Shown piece after piece: positions 8,520 to 18,726 of a DNA stretch of 53,455 nucleotides. The notes below the pieces were generated by a model that saw nothing but the letters and a program-made list of their open reading frames with translations, was not told the DNA's origin and did no database searches. Made by a program: the position numbers and the translations under genes. The DNA comes from a virus (lineage: Duplodnaviria > Caudoviricetes): the IMG/VR virus record IMGVR_UViG_3300025466_000048, positions 1 through 53,455 of that record, one strand, 5' to 3'. Numbering within the stretch: the first letter of the stretch is position 1; every line of letters starts with the position of its first letter.

Positions 8520-11500
8520 ATGAGTTAGTCGGCAAGGGCAGACCCTTCTATTCAGCTTTGGACATGGGGGCTAAGGCCCTCAAGCGTAAGGTAGGAACTG
8601 GTGCTGAGTTCCTCAAGGAGTTGATGGCATTGCCTGGTGTCAAACCCACCGAGTTGAAAGAGCGTGGACTAGAAGAATTGATGAATGCGCCTAAGATGAC
8701 GCATGATCAGTTCCTTGGCCAACTGGCAAGAAAACCAGCGCCCAAGATCAATGAGAAGGTACTGACTGAAGGTGGCAACGACGAAACAATCCAAGAGTTA
8801 ATAGACAGAGATGCTAGGGAATACGCTAATCGAGAGATTGGAACTAGCCCAAGGATGCGTGATGATTGGTCAGAAACTTATGATGACTTCGTTGAAAACG
8901 CCAATCAGAATAAGTATTTAGAATACCAAAAAGAAGCTGACAAGTTAGTTAGACAAGGATTGGCTGACCCTGCGGTGGCTCACTTTGAATACACATTGCC
9001 TGGCGGTGAGAACTACAGAGAGATGTTGATTAAAGACCCACAAGGTAAGTTTGGAGGCGTCCCAGCACACTTCCATGGCGAGCCTAACATCATAGCTTCG
9101 ATGCGTCTTAAAGACCGTACAGGCCCTAACGGTGAGAAATTGTTGCACCTAGAGGAGTTACAGTCAGACTGGCATCAACAAGGTAGAGAAAAAGGTTATT
9201 CACAAGGTTTGACACCTGAAGAACAAGCTGAATTAGTTAAGTTAAGTAGCTTACCATATAATTATTTGCATGATAATAAACATTTATCAGAAAAATATTA
9301 TGCATTAGCAGAAAAGAAAAAAGGTGTACCCGATGCCCCATTCAAAAAGAATTGGGAAGAGATGGCCATCAAACGGTTGATCCATCACGCTGCTGAGAAG
9401 GGCTACCATGGCATCGTCATGACGCCTGGAAAAGAACAAAACAAACGATATAGGTTGTCTAAACATGTTGGATCTGTTTCATATAACCCAGAAGATCAAC
9501 ACTTTCAGGCTTTTAAACCAAATAGAGAAACTGTTGTCAACGAAAAATTTGCTAGTCCTGAACGTGTTGCTGAATTGATTGGCAAAGAGGCATCAGAAAA
9601 GTTATTGTCGGCACCCAAACAAATGGGACACCATTACCTTGAAGGTGAAGACTTAGACATTGGTGGCCAAGGCATGAAAGGCTTTTACGACAAAAAAGTC
9701 CCCAACATATTTAATGCTGTGGGTAAGAAGCATGGCGTTAAGATGGAGTTGCATAAACATCCAATTGAAACTGGCAAAGAACAAATGATTCCTGACAATG
9801 CTAGACTTGGAATGATTAGATCAGGTAATCCAGAACATGCTCAATTACACCACTTCCCCATCACAGAACCAATGCGTGAAGACGTATTAAAGAACGGACT
9901 ACCTCTATACAAAACAGGTGGAGTAGTCCATAAAGCCGAAGGAGGCAACGTGCAACCTACAGTCGAACAAATGCGCATGGCGCTACAAAACAAGAGTACG
10001 TTTCCAAAGTTTGGCATTCAGTCCATCGGAGCCAATGAAGCGCCTGACTTGTCTCCCAAGTATTACATCCAACCCAACAAAGATGGCAACTTAGGTGTTG
10101 GTGGTGTGGACATGGATAACATAACCCCTGGCATGCAATTGGTAAAGCAAGAAATACCAAACATGAATCCACCCAATAGTCCCAATGCTCCACAAGCCCC
10201 ACAAAGCCCGTTGGGAGCACCTCCAAGCCCTCAAGGTGGACAAAGCAATATCCTTAACCTGACACCACAAGGACAAGCATTGGGCGCTATGACGCCTTCA
10301 CAGACCCCACAGGGTTTAGCTAAAGGAGGTACACCTAAATCAGTTGAGGACATGAAAGCAGAATTGTCCAAAAAGAAAACTGAAAAATCTAAACGTGTTG
10401 AAGTTAAAGCTGAAGGATCAGGTGGCGTTAAGGGAATTGTTGTTCCTCGTCATTTGATTGAAGGTAACCCTAAAGCAAGTGCTGAAGGGTTAAAAAATAT
10501 GATGAGTGCAAGAGCTAAAATATATGGTTCAGAACATCGTGAGCCTTTAACACTTGGGCAAATGGCAAAAATTCACAAAGATATACTAAGTCAACATTTT
10601 GCCCAACCAAGAGAAATCCAATTACAAAATGAATCAAGTGCATTAAATCGCATTCGCTCAGCTAAGTTTATCAAACACAACAAAGACACACTAGACGAAT
10701 CTGAAAAATTAGATACCGTTCATCATGAACATGACTCACAAGGTCGATCTTATGTTGGATATGCATCTAAAGGTATAGCAGGACATGCTTTGTATCCTAG
10801 AGGCCATGGCAAAAATATGGATTACAAAGTGATTAATACTTGCCCTGGTCAAACCGAAGGTTGTGGTGGTGGTACTGATGCCAAAGGAATTGTTGACACA
10901 AGTAAGGGTACATGTTTTGCACCTAATTCAGAATCACAGTACGCGGCAGCCGCTAGTCGTCGTGCAGGTCACGCCATTGCAAAACATGATCCTGAAATGA
11001 CTAAAGATTGGATATTAGCCCATACAGGTTCAATTAGAAATGCTACAGAAAGAGCAGATAAACAAAACAAAAGAATGTTGTTTCGTCCTAATGTAGTGGA
11101 TGAAACAGATGTGTCTTCTCGTCATGTTATTCGCCATTTGAATGAACAACGTGCAAAAGAAGGAAAACCACCAATTATTGCTAATTCATATGGGAAGACC
11201 AATGAGTTGCATGACCCTGAAAATGGATATTATGTAACTCACTCCAACGTTGGCCCTAAAACCAAGCATGGACAATCAATTGCTGAAAACATATCACGTG
11301 ATAAAGCAAGAATAAGAAACACAATTTTAGCTGCTGATAACAGAGGCGACTTTGTAAATGAACAAGGACACAAAACACCACCCAAAGGTTCTTACATGGT
11401 TACAAATGTAAAACGTGGATCACCCATGGCAAAAAACATGGAAAAGGTTATTAAGCATGCCAAGTATTGGTCTGTAGGACGTCCACAAAACGAATTGACC

Positions 11501-12178
11501 AAAGAAGAAAGAGAAGAAGGCCCTGAAGGGCATTTCAATGGATTGGGTCATCCAACAACAGAAGACAAATCCCATTATGGTCACAAGACTTTAAATGATT
11601 TGAGATTTGACTATCAACGACAACATATTCTTCATCCACGTTTAGTGCAAGTTGGTCACAATGATGACGGTACTCCACACATGATTCCTACTGACTCAAG
11701 ATTTAAAGATGAAGAGGTATTAAACAAACAAGTCAAAAATCGTTATATGACTAAAAATGGCAAAGTTGCTGGACATATTTTAATGACCACACCAACTGAA
11801 TCTACTAGCAATGTGGGACATCAAACATCATTTACACATAATGTAAGTGATGAAGACATCAAACACGCTGTAAAAACAAAAGGTGAATACGTAATTGACA
11901 AACCTGAAGATCAGTTACGAAGCGCAAACAAAGAATATGTTGCACCACAACCAATTAAGATTATTCGCAAAGCGGACGGTGGTTTGGTTGGTGAAAGACA
12001 TCGGGGTTATAGTGATGATGATTTCCATGCATTCCCTGAGCAAAACCCAATTGCACAACGTCACTTAGCAATGCGTCGTGGTGAAGATGAAGATATGCCT
12101 TATCATGCGCCCAAACCAAATGTTATGATTAACAAAAACTTGGATACTATGATTCTTGAATTGATGAGGAAAAAATAA
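8516..12178 (+). CDS. large polyvalent protein (LPD-like N-region, GP88-like C-region)
   Basis: FYSAL, YTLPGGENYREML, EELQSDWHQQGR, PDAPFK; C-terminal TCP...C...CFA...RPN..D. Confidence 0.65.
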   Translation: MNELVGKGRPFYSALDMGAKALKRKVGTGAEFLKELMALPGVKPTELKERGLEELMNAPKMTHDQFLGQLARKPAPKINEKVLTEGGNDETIQELIDRDAREYANREIGTSPRMRDDWSETYDDFVENANQNKYLEYQKEADKLVRQGLADPAVAHFEYTLPGGENYREMLIKDPQGKFGGVPAHFHGEPNIIASMRLKDRTGPNGEKLLHLEELQSDWHQQGREKGYSQGLTPEEQAELVKLSSLPYNYLHDNKHLSEKYYALAEKKKGVPDAPFKKNWEEMAIKRLIHHAAEKGYHGIVMTPGKEQNKRYRLSKHVGSVSYNPEDQHFQAFKPNRETVVNEKFASPERVAELIGKEASEKLLSAPKQMGHHYLEGEDLDIGGQGMKGFYDKKVPNIFNAVGKKHGVKMELHKHPIETGKEQMIPDNARLGMIRSGNPEHAQLHHFPITEPMREDVLKNGLPLYKTGGVVHKAEGGNVQPTVEQMRMALQNKSTFPKFGIQSIGANEAPDLSPKYYIQPNKDGNLGVGGVDMDNITPGMQLVKQEIPNMNPPNSPNAPQAPQSPLGAPPSPQGGQSNILNLTPQGQALGAMTPSQTPQGLAKGGTPKSVEDMKAELSKKKTEKSKRVEVKAEGSGGVKGIVVPRHLIEGNPKASAEGLKNMMSARAKIYGSEHREPLTLGQMAKIHKDILSQHFAQPREIQLQNESSALNRIRSAKFIKHNKDTLDESEKLDTVHHEHDSQGRSYVGYASKGIAGHALYPRGHGKNMDYKVINTCPGQTEGCGGGTDAKGIVDTSKGTCFAPNSESQYAAAASRRAGHAIAKHDPEMTKDWILAHTGSIRNATERADKQNKRMLFRPNVVDETDVSSRHVIRHLNEQRAKEGKPPIIANSYGKTNELHDPENGYYVTHSNVGPKTKHGQSIAENISRDKARIRNTILAADNRGDFVNEQGHKTPPKGSYMVTNVKRGSPMAKNMEKVIKHAKYWSVGRPQNELTKEEREEGPEGHFNGLGHPTTEDKSHYGHKTLNDLRFDYQRQHILHPRLVQVGHNDDGTPHMIPTDSRFKDEEVLNKQVKNRYMTKNGKVAGHILMTTPTESTSNVGHQTSFTHNVSDEDIKHAVKTKGEYVIDKPEDQLRSANKEYVAPQPIKIIRKADGGLVGERHRGYSDDDFHAFPEQNPIAQRHLAMRRGEDEDMPYHAPKPNVMINKNLDTMILELMRKK

Positions 12179-14664
12179 TGAGTAACCAAGACGATATGAA
12201 CATTGACGAGCAAGACGATGGTTCTGCTCTTGTTGACATGCCTGAGATGGAAACCGAAGAGCAAGAAGACGGCTCAGCGATTGTCACCATACCAAGCAGT
12301 GGCCCAGAAGAGAATCCAGACTTTTATGCAAACATGGCAGAAGACTATGACGAAGGTGAACTTCGTACTATTGCCATGCGCTACATGGACTTAGTCAAGA
12401 ATGACAAAGAAGCCCGTGAACTAAGAGATAAGCAATACGAAGAAGGATTAAAGCGTACTGGCATGGGGAATGATGCCCCTGGCGGTGCTACCTTCATGGG
12501 AGCGTCTAAGGTTGTGCACCCTGCGATGGCTGAGGGTTGCGTTGACTTCGCTGCTCGCGCCATCAAAGAGATGTTCCCACCAGATGGCCCTGTCAGGACT
12601 AAGATCCTTGGCAAAGTCGATGAAATGAAGACTCAGAAAGCTGAGCGTAAGCGTGACTATCTGAACTGGCAAATTACAGAGCAGATTGAAGAGTTCAGGG
12701 ATGAGCAAGAGCAGTTGCTGACTCAGTTGCCATTGGGTGGAAGCCAATACTTTAAGCTATGGTTTGATGAGGATAAGAAGCGCCCATGTGTGGAGTTTTT
12801 GCCAATTGATAGGGTGATACTACCGTTTGCAGCGACCAACTTCTATACAGCCCAACGAGCTGCAGAGGTGCATGAAATTACCCATTGGGAGTTTAACCGT
12901 CGCATTGCCAGTGGAATGTACCGTGATGTGAATGTTATCCAAGCGGTGTCTGAACCCGATCAAACTAAACCACAGAAAGCCAACGACAAGATTGAAGGTA
13001 AAAAGTGGGAGGACAACAAAGACGGATTGCGCAAGGTTTACCACATCTACACCTACCTTGAGTTGGAAGAGGACAAGTACAGCAAGGGCAAGATGGTTCC
13101 TTACATCCTGATGATTGACGAGCTAGACAACGAAGTTGTTGGCTTGTACAGGAACTGGGAAGAAGAAGATGAGACCATGACCAAGCTAGATTGGATTGTG
13201 GAGTTTAAGTTTATCCCTTGGAGGGGTGCATATGCGATTGGTCTCCCTCATCTCATTGGTGGATTGTCCGCTGCCCTCACTGGATCACTTAGAGCGCTTC
13301 TGGACTCTGCTCACATCAACAACGCAGCCACCATGCTCAAGCTCAAAGGGGCTAAGATTAGTGGCCAATCCCAACAGGTTGACATCACTCAAATTGTTGA
13401 AGTTGAGGGAGCACCTGGCGTATCAGACATCCGTCAGATAGCCATGCCCATGCCGTTCAATCCACCTAGCGAAGTGCTTTTTAGCCTTCTAGGATGGCTT
13501 GACACCGCAGCCAAGGGGGTAGTCAGTACCAGTGAAGAAAAGATCGCTGACGTCAATGCACAAGCCCCTGTGGGTACAACTCAGGCGTTGATTGAACAAG
13601 GTGCAGCGGTCTTCTCCGCCATCCACGCAAGGATGCACGAGTCACAAGCAAGGGTGCTAAAGATCCTTTGCAGACTGAATCGTTGGCACTTTGATGAGAT
13701 GCGCAAGTCTGAAGTTGTTGCCGACTTAGAAATTGAACGCGAAGACTTCTCACGCAATACAGACGTTGTTCCTGTATCAGATCCTCACATATTCTCAGAA
13801 ACTCAGAGAATGGCTCAGAACCAAGCTGTGTTGGCTTTGGCTGAAAAGCACCCAGACCAGTTCAACATGAGTCAAGTGTTGTCACGTTTCCTCAAGCAAT
13901 TGAAGGTGCCAAACGTGAATGAATTGATGAAAGATGTGCCAGCGCCTGAGCAGAGGACATCTGCGGATGAGAACGCAGCCATGTTGCTAGGACAGCCCTC
14001 ATACGCTTACATGCAACAAGACCATATTGCACACATCCAAGATCACTTGCAATTTGGATTGAATCCATTCTTTGGTCAGTCACCGTTTGCCGACCCCAAC
14101 TACATTAACAACTTGATTGAACACATCAAGCAACACATGACATTGTGGTACTTGAACCGCAGTAATGCATATGTGGCACAGTCGCAAGGTGGCAAGCCAA
14201 TCAACAACTATGATGATCCTAGCCTTACAGCGACCATAGACAAGCTATACACGACCGTTGGCGCACATGTGGAGTTGGATACCAAAGACGTGTTTAAAGC
14301 GTTTGTACCCGCCTTCCAACAGCTTATACAAGTGGCATCACAACGCGCCCAAGCAGCTCAGGGTAATCTACCCCCAGCAGAGCAAGTCGTTAAAGAGACA
14401 AGCATGGCTGAGACACAACGCAAGACACAAGCTGATCAAGCCAAGTCTCAGTATGAGCAAGCAAGGTTGAAAGCGGATATGCAAAAATCTCAGATGGACA
14501 ATCAAACAAAGATTGCCATTGAGAACGCCAAGCTAACGCATGAGACAATCCAAAACATAGCTCAGGCACAACCGCCTGAGATGCAACCGCCTATGGGACA
14601 ACCCATGGCACAACCACAGGCGCAACCGCCACAACCCCAAGGAGCCCCAAATGGCAACATCTGA
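12178..14664 (+). CDS. portal protein
   Basis: 828 aa; VVHPAMAE, LPLGGSQYFKLW, APVGTTQALIEQG, Q/P-rich tail; position after terminase. Confidence 0.85.
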   Translation: MSNQDDMNIDEQDDGSALVDMPEMETEEQEDGSAIVTIPSSGPEENPDFYANMAEDYDEGELRTIAMRYMDLVKNDKEARELRDKQYEEGLKRTGMGNDAPGGATFMGASKVVHPAMAEGCVDFAARAIKEMFPPDGPVRTKILGKVDEMKTQKAERKRDYLNWQITEQIEEFRDEQEQLLTQLPLGGSQYFKLWFDEDKKRPCVEFLPIDRVILPFAATNFYTAQRAAEVHEITHWEFNRRIASGMYRDVNVIQAVSEPDQTKPQKANDKIEGKKWEDNKDGLRKVYHIYTYLELEEDKYSKGKMVPYILMIDELDNEVVGLYRNWEEEDETMTKLDWIVEFKFIPWRGAYAIGLPHLIGGLSAALTGSLRALLDSAHINNAATMLKLKGAKISGQSQQVDITQIVEVEGAPGVSDIRQIAMPMPFNPPSEVLFSLLGWLDTAAKGVVSTSEEKIADVNAQAPVGTTQALIEQGAAVFSAIHARMHESQARVLKILCRLNRWHFDEMRKSEVVADLEIEREDFSRNTDVVPVSDPHIFSETQRMAQNQAVLALAEKHPDQFNMSQVLSRFLKQLKVPNVNELMKDVPAPEQRTSADENAAMLLGQPSYAYMQQDHIAHIQDHLQFGLNPFFGQSPFADPNYINNLIEHIKQHMTLWYLNRSNAYVAQSQGGKPINNYDDPSLTATIDKLYTTVGAHVELDTKDVFKAFVPAFQQLIQVASQRAQAAQGNLPPAEQVVKETSMAETQRKTQADQAKSQYEQARLKADMQKSQMDNQTKIAIENAKLTHETIQNIAQAQPPEMQPPMGQPMAQPQAQPPQPQGAPNGNI

Positions 14665-14788
14665 TCAAGAACAAAAGAGCATCAACGTACCCCAACACAA
14701 GCGCTTGGCTCAAGGCGCCCCTGTGAACGGACAAAGCATGAAGGATGGCGGTAAGAAAACTGCTTCCCCTTTGTCTAAGAAAAAATGA
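14651..14788 (+). CDS. small hypothetical protein, 45 aa (not in ORF track)
   Basis: AGGAG RBS; MATSDQEQKSINVPQHKRLAQG...MKDGGKK. Confidence 0.6.
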   Translation: MATSDQEQKSINVPQHKRLAQGAPVNGQSMKDGGKKTASPLSKKK

Positions 14789-14964
14789 TTGAACAATTGA
14801 TCCATGTGATCAAACTTCGCCAAGCCGAGTTAGCTGCGTCTCTTGCCTTCGGGAACGCAACCACTTGGGAGGCTTATCAGCGCATGGTCGGTGAGTATCA
14901 GGGACTGCAATACGTCATGAACTCATTTGACCGCATGGCTGAGGAAGAAGAAGGAAGAGAATAG
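14785..14964 (+). CDS. small head-module protein, 59 aa (not in ORF track)
   Basis: ATGA coupling; MIEQLIHVIK...WEAYQRMVGEYQGL. Confidence 0.7.
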   Translation: MIEQLIHVIKLRQAELAASLAFGNATTWEAYQRMVGEYQGLQYVMNSFDRMAEEEEGRE

Positions 14965-15042
14965 GTCGCACTCCGCGACTGAGGCCGCGCTGAAAAGCGC
15001 TTTAACGATGCACCTGAGATATGGTGTTTTTTAGGAGTTAGT

Positions 15043-15495
15043 ATGAGTGAGAAAGAGAAGATCCCTACGATTGAGGGAAGCCAAGGTACGCCCAATGCAG
15101 AAGATTTAGCATGGGCATTCCCAGACGTAAACCCAGGGCAACGCCCTTTTGGTGGTCGAGTGATCGTCCAACTTCGACGAATAAAAAAGAAGTCTGGAAT
15201 GATCATCATTGTTGATGAAACCAAAGAGAACGAAAAGTGGAACAACATGATCGGTAAGGTCGTGGCTATTGGCCCACTTGCGTTCAAGAACAGAGACACC
15301 ATGCAACCGTGGGCTGAAGGCTCATGGGCTGAGCTTGGCGACTTTGTAAGAGTTCCAAGATGGGGTGGAGACCGTTGGGAACGCAAAGTTCCTACTGAAG
15401 ACGGTGAAGATCCTGTTTTGTTCATGACTATCAACGACCACGAACTGATTTCGGCCATCACAGATGATCCGTTGTCGTTCAAAACATACGTATAA
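15043..15495 (+). CDS. groES: GroES-like co-chaperonin
   Basis: PFGGRVIV, SGMII, GKVVAIGP, GDFV, INDHELI. Confidence 0.85.
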   Translation: MSEKEKIPTIEGSQGTPNAEDLAWAFPDVNPGQRPFGGRVIVQLRRIKKKSGMIIIVDETKENEKWNNMIGKVVAIGPLAFKNRDTMQPWAEGSWAELGDFVRVPRWGGDRWERKVPTEDGEDPVLFMTINDHELISAITDDPLSFKTYV

Positions 15496-15506
15496 GGGAA
15501 AATATC

Positions 15507-16505
15507 ATGGCAGAAGATAAAAAAACACCAGATTTAAAGATAGAAGAGGCGCAAGACGGCTCTGCTGTCGTTGAATTAGACGAAAACTTGCTCACAAATG
15601 ACGAAGATGATCAATTAAATGATGTGGCAACAACTCCACCTGAGAAAAAAGAAGGTGGAACGGTTGAAGATGAGGATGCAGACCATCCAGATGATGATCA
15701 AGCCCTCAGAGACGCCAAAAGAAACCGTCGTAGAGCTAAAAAAGACCTGATTCGCAAGACAAATGAGGAAAAAGACCTCCGTTTGCAACAACTCCAACGT
15801 GAAAACGAGGAGTTTAAGCGTCGTTTGACAGAGGTGGAGAGCAGAACACGCCAGTCAGACGTCATGCGGATCGACAAAAACATCGAGGACACCCAAGTTC
15901 GCTTGGAATACGCCAAGATGAAGATGGCTGAGGCGGTAAGTTCCAATGATGGACAAGCCATGGTGGAGGCTCAAGACCTTTTAGATGAGGCAAAAGCCAA
16001 CCTAAGCCAACTCAATCAAATAAAAAGACAGGCAACACAAGCCCCACAACAACAAAATCTTGACAACATCAGGTTGCCTGACCCAGAGACGCAGAGAAAC
16101 GCTGCTCAATGGATCAATAAGCACAGTTGGTACAAGGTAGACGGCACAGATAGGGACAGTAAAGTCACTTTGAAGGCGTCTGAAATGCTAGTTGAAGAGG
16201 GTTGGGATCCAAAAGATCCAGATTATTGGGATGAACTCGATAGTCGCTTGCAAAAATCTCTCCCACATCGTTATAATGAAACCACAGACAGTAATTCCAC
16301 TGTTCGAAGACCGAGGAATGTTGTGGGAAGTTCAGGACGCGAGGCATCTGCAGCTTATGGGGGTACAAACCGTACCCAGTTCATCCTCACCCCAGAAAGA
16401 GTGAGTGCTATGAAGGAAGCTGGTGCATGGGAGAACCCTGTGCGCAAAGCGAAGATGATTGAAAATTTCATCAAGTTTGACCGTCAGAATAAAAACCGTA
16501 ACTAA
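15507..16505 (+). CDS. capsid scaffolding protein (putative)
   Basis: Acidic N-terminus, long coiled coil, position before capsid genes. Confidence 0.7.
   Translation: MAEDKKTPDLKIEEAQDGSAVVELDENLLTNDEDDQLNDVATTPPEKKEGGTVEDEDADHPDDDQALRDAKRNRRRAKKDLIRKTNEEKDLRLQQLQRENEEFKRRLTEVESRTRQSDVMRIDKNIEDTQVRLEYAKMKMAEAVSSNDGQAMVEAQDLLDEAKANLSQLNQIKRQATQAPQQQNLDNIRLPDPETQRNAAQWINKHSWYKVDGTDRDSKVTLKASEMLVEEGWDPKDPDYWDELDSRLQKSLPHRYNETTDSNSTVRRPRNVVGSSGREASAAYGGTNRTQFILTPERVSAMKEAGAWENPVRKAKMIENFIKFDRQNKNRN
15624..15639 (+). repeat. 16-bp site (perfect)
   Basis: Direct read; in the acidic linker of the scaffold. Confidence 0.95.
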
Positions 16506-16520
16506 TACTTGGAGTAAAAC

Positions 16521-17066
16521 ATGGAATCACGTCTAAAAAAATCTTTGAATGCAAGTGGTCGCCAAGACCGTGATAACGGGGAAGCATCCCACAAAGCACC
16601 TGAAGATAAGTTCATTTCTACGCAGGAACGTAAAAAAATGTGGAGCGAGGAGTGGACGCAATCAGCACTGCCAAAACTACCCAACGTAGATGGGTGGCAC
16701 CTTTGCTGGCTTTCAACAACCAACAGCTACGATTCAATTGATAAGCGGATTCGCCTTGGGTACGTACCCGTTAAGTCGGAAGAGTTACCAGGCTATGAAG
16801 ATTACAAAATTAAATCGGGTGAGTACGTAGGTTACATATCGTGCAACGAGATGTTGCTTTTCAAATTGCCCATGGATATTTTCCAAGAGGTCATGACCTA
16901 TCAGCATCACGACAAACCTCGTGAAGAAGCTGACAAGATTCGTGTACAGATTGAGAGTCTCCAAGGACAACGTGATAGCAACGGAAAGTCGCTTGTAAAT
17001 GTTGAGGGTGAAGGTATTGGCGGAATTGAACAGCAACCAAGCAAAACACCCGTATTTTCGGGTTAA
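16521..17066 (+). CDS. conserved head-module protein
   Basis: GGAG RBS; position between scaffold and capsid genes. Confidence 0.7.
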   Translation: MESRLKKSLNASGRQDRDNGEASHKAPEDKFISTQERKKMWSEEWTQSALPKLPNVDGWHLCWLSTTNSYDSIDKRIRLGYVPVKSEELPGYEDYKIKSGEYVGYISCNEMLLFKLPMDIFQEVMTYQHHDKPREEADKIRVQIESLQGQRDSNGKSLVNVEGEGIGGIEQQPSKTPVFSG

Positions 17067-17083
17067 CCTAAAGGAGTTTGACT

Positions 17084-17725
17084 ATGTCAGCAACTAATGC
17101 TCCGTTTGGCTTGCGCCCTGCGTTCCACCCCTCTGGTCTGGATCGCGCTCAGGCGCTTGCTGGCGGTATTCAATCTGGTTTGTCCGTAAACATTTTAAAA
17201 GGACAACCAGTTTCTTACGTCACAGCCGCAGTTTTGACAGCCACAAGCTTGTCAGGAATTGCTAACGGCACAATCGTTCCTTCTGCCACCCCTGGCAATA
17301 GCGCAGCATCATCGGGCTACCAAGTCGCTGGTGCATTCGCAGGCGTACAGTGGACAGATACAACTGGTCGTGCACGTATTTCTAACTATTGGCCAGCAAG
17401 CACTTCTTACACAGCAGGATCTTGCGTTGCTTACTTCTACAACGACGAAAAAATCGTTTATGAAATTCAAGCAGATGGTTCAATGGCTCAAACGTCTATT
17501 GGCGACGAGTACAACTTCAGCAACATTACCGCTGGTTCAACAACCACTGGTTTGTCGCAAGCAACTTTGGCATCAGCTTCTAACCAAGCTAACGGTGCTC
17601 AAGGTCAAATGCGTGTCGTTGATCTCGCTCCCTATGTGGACAACGCTTGGGGTGATGCATACACGATTGTTCGTGTAACGTTGCCATATGTTCAATTTGT
17701 TGCTGCTACTACTGCAGTCGTTTAA
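17084..17725 (+). CDS. capsid decoration/minor capsid protein (putative)
   Basis: AAGGAG RBS; NAPFGLRP N-terminus; directly before the MCP. Confidence 0.65.
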   Translation: MSATNAPFGLRPAFHPSGLDRAQALAGGIQSGLSVNILKGQPVSYVTAAVLTATSLSGIANGTIVPSATPGNSAASSGYQVAGAFAGVQWTDTTGRARISNYWPASTSYTAGSCVAYFYNDEKIVYEIQADGSMAQTSIGDEYNFSNITAGSTTTGLSQATLASASNQANGAQGQMRVVDLAPYVDNAWGDAYTIVRVTLPYVQFVAATTAVV

Positions 17726-17740
17726 TAAAGGAGTATTGCA

Positions 17741-18655
17741 ATGGCAGCACCAATGCGAAGTACGGACTTTAGATCAATCGTTGAGCCAATTCTTAACGAG
17801 TGTTTTGACGGAGTCTATGACCAACGTGCCGACGAGTGGAGCCGAGTGTTCCGCGAAGAAGACGGCATTCCCCGTAACTACCACGAAGAGCCCGTCCTTT
17901 ATGGATTTGGCGCAGCACCCCAACTCCCTGATGGCACTCCAGTGACCTATCAACAGGGTGGTGTGTTATTCCTCAAGCGCTATTTGTACAAAGTGTATGG
18001 CCTAGCCTTCGCTTTGACAAAAGTGTTGGTGGAAGATGGCGACCACATCCGTATCGGTCAAGTGTACGCACGCCACTTGGCACAATCTTTGGTTGAGACC
18101 AAAGAGTTGTTGTCAGCTAACGTGTTGAACACAGCTTTCAATAGCGCCTACGCTGGCGGTGACGGTGTGTCTTTGATCAGCACAGCACACCCCATCGTTA
18201 ACGGCACATTCAGCAACCAGTTGGCCACAGCCGCTGTTTTGTCTCAAACATCTCTCGAACAGATGTTGATTCAAATTCGCCAAGCAGTTGACAACAACGG
18301 TAAGCGTATTCGTTTGGTACCACGTCAATTGATCGTGGCTCCAGGCAATATCTTCCAAGCTGAAGTATTGTTGAAATCTGTTTTACGTACAGGCAACGCC
18401 AACAACGACATCAACCCAATCAAATCTATCGGTTTGCTTGACGAGGGTGCCGCAGTGTTGTCACGTTTGACTTCATCTACAGCATGGTGGGTTCAGACTG
18501 ATGCTCCCGAAGGCTTCAAGCTTTTGATGCGCAGACGTCTAGAGAAAACCATGGAAGGCGACTTTGAAACTGACTCTATGCGCTACAAAGCCACAGAGCG
18601 TTACGACGTTGGCTTTACAGATCCCCGTTGTGCCTACGGTACACCTGGAGTCTAA
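17741..18655 (+). CDS. major capsid protein
   Basis: 304 aa; GGDGVSL..TAHP, PRQLIVAP, DFETDSMRYKATERY; terminator follows. Confidence 0.88.
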   Translation: MAAPMRSTDFRSIVEPILNECFDGVYDQRADEWSRVFREEDGIPRNYHEEPVLYGFGAAPQLPDGTPVTYQQGGVLFLKRYLYKVYGLAFALTKVLVEDGDHIRIGQVYARHLAQSLVETKELLSANVLNTAFNSAYAGGDGVSLISTAHPIVNGTFSNQLATAAVLSQTSLEQMLIQIRQAVDNNGKRIRLVPRQLIVAPGNIFQAEVLLKSVLRTGNANNDINPIKSIGLLDEGAAVLSRLTSSTAWWVQTDAPEGFKLLMRRRLEKTMEGDFETDSMRYKATERYDVGFTDPRCAYGTPGV

Positions 18656-18662
18656 TCAAAGT

Positions 18663-18691
18663 GGGGTGGAGTTGTTTCCACCCCTTTTTTT
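18663..18691 (+). terminator. intrinsic terminator containing a reverse 15/16 copy of the 16-bp site
   Basis: GGGGTGGA-GTTGTT-TCCACCCC + T7. Confidence 0.85.
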
Positions 18692-18726
18692 AAACCCTGA
18701 GTGGTTCAAGCCACAAGGAGAAAAAA

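Noticed and set aside
14898-15482. Long antisense ORFs (also 19786..20424, 31042..31590, 43563..44009)
   Set aside because: Shadows of well-supported genes on the other strand, with no recognisable motifs
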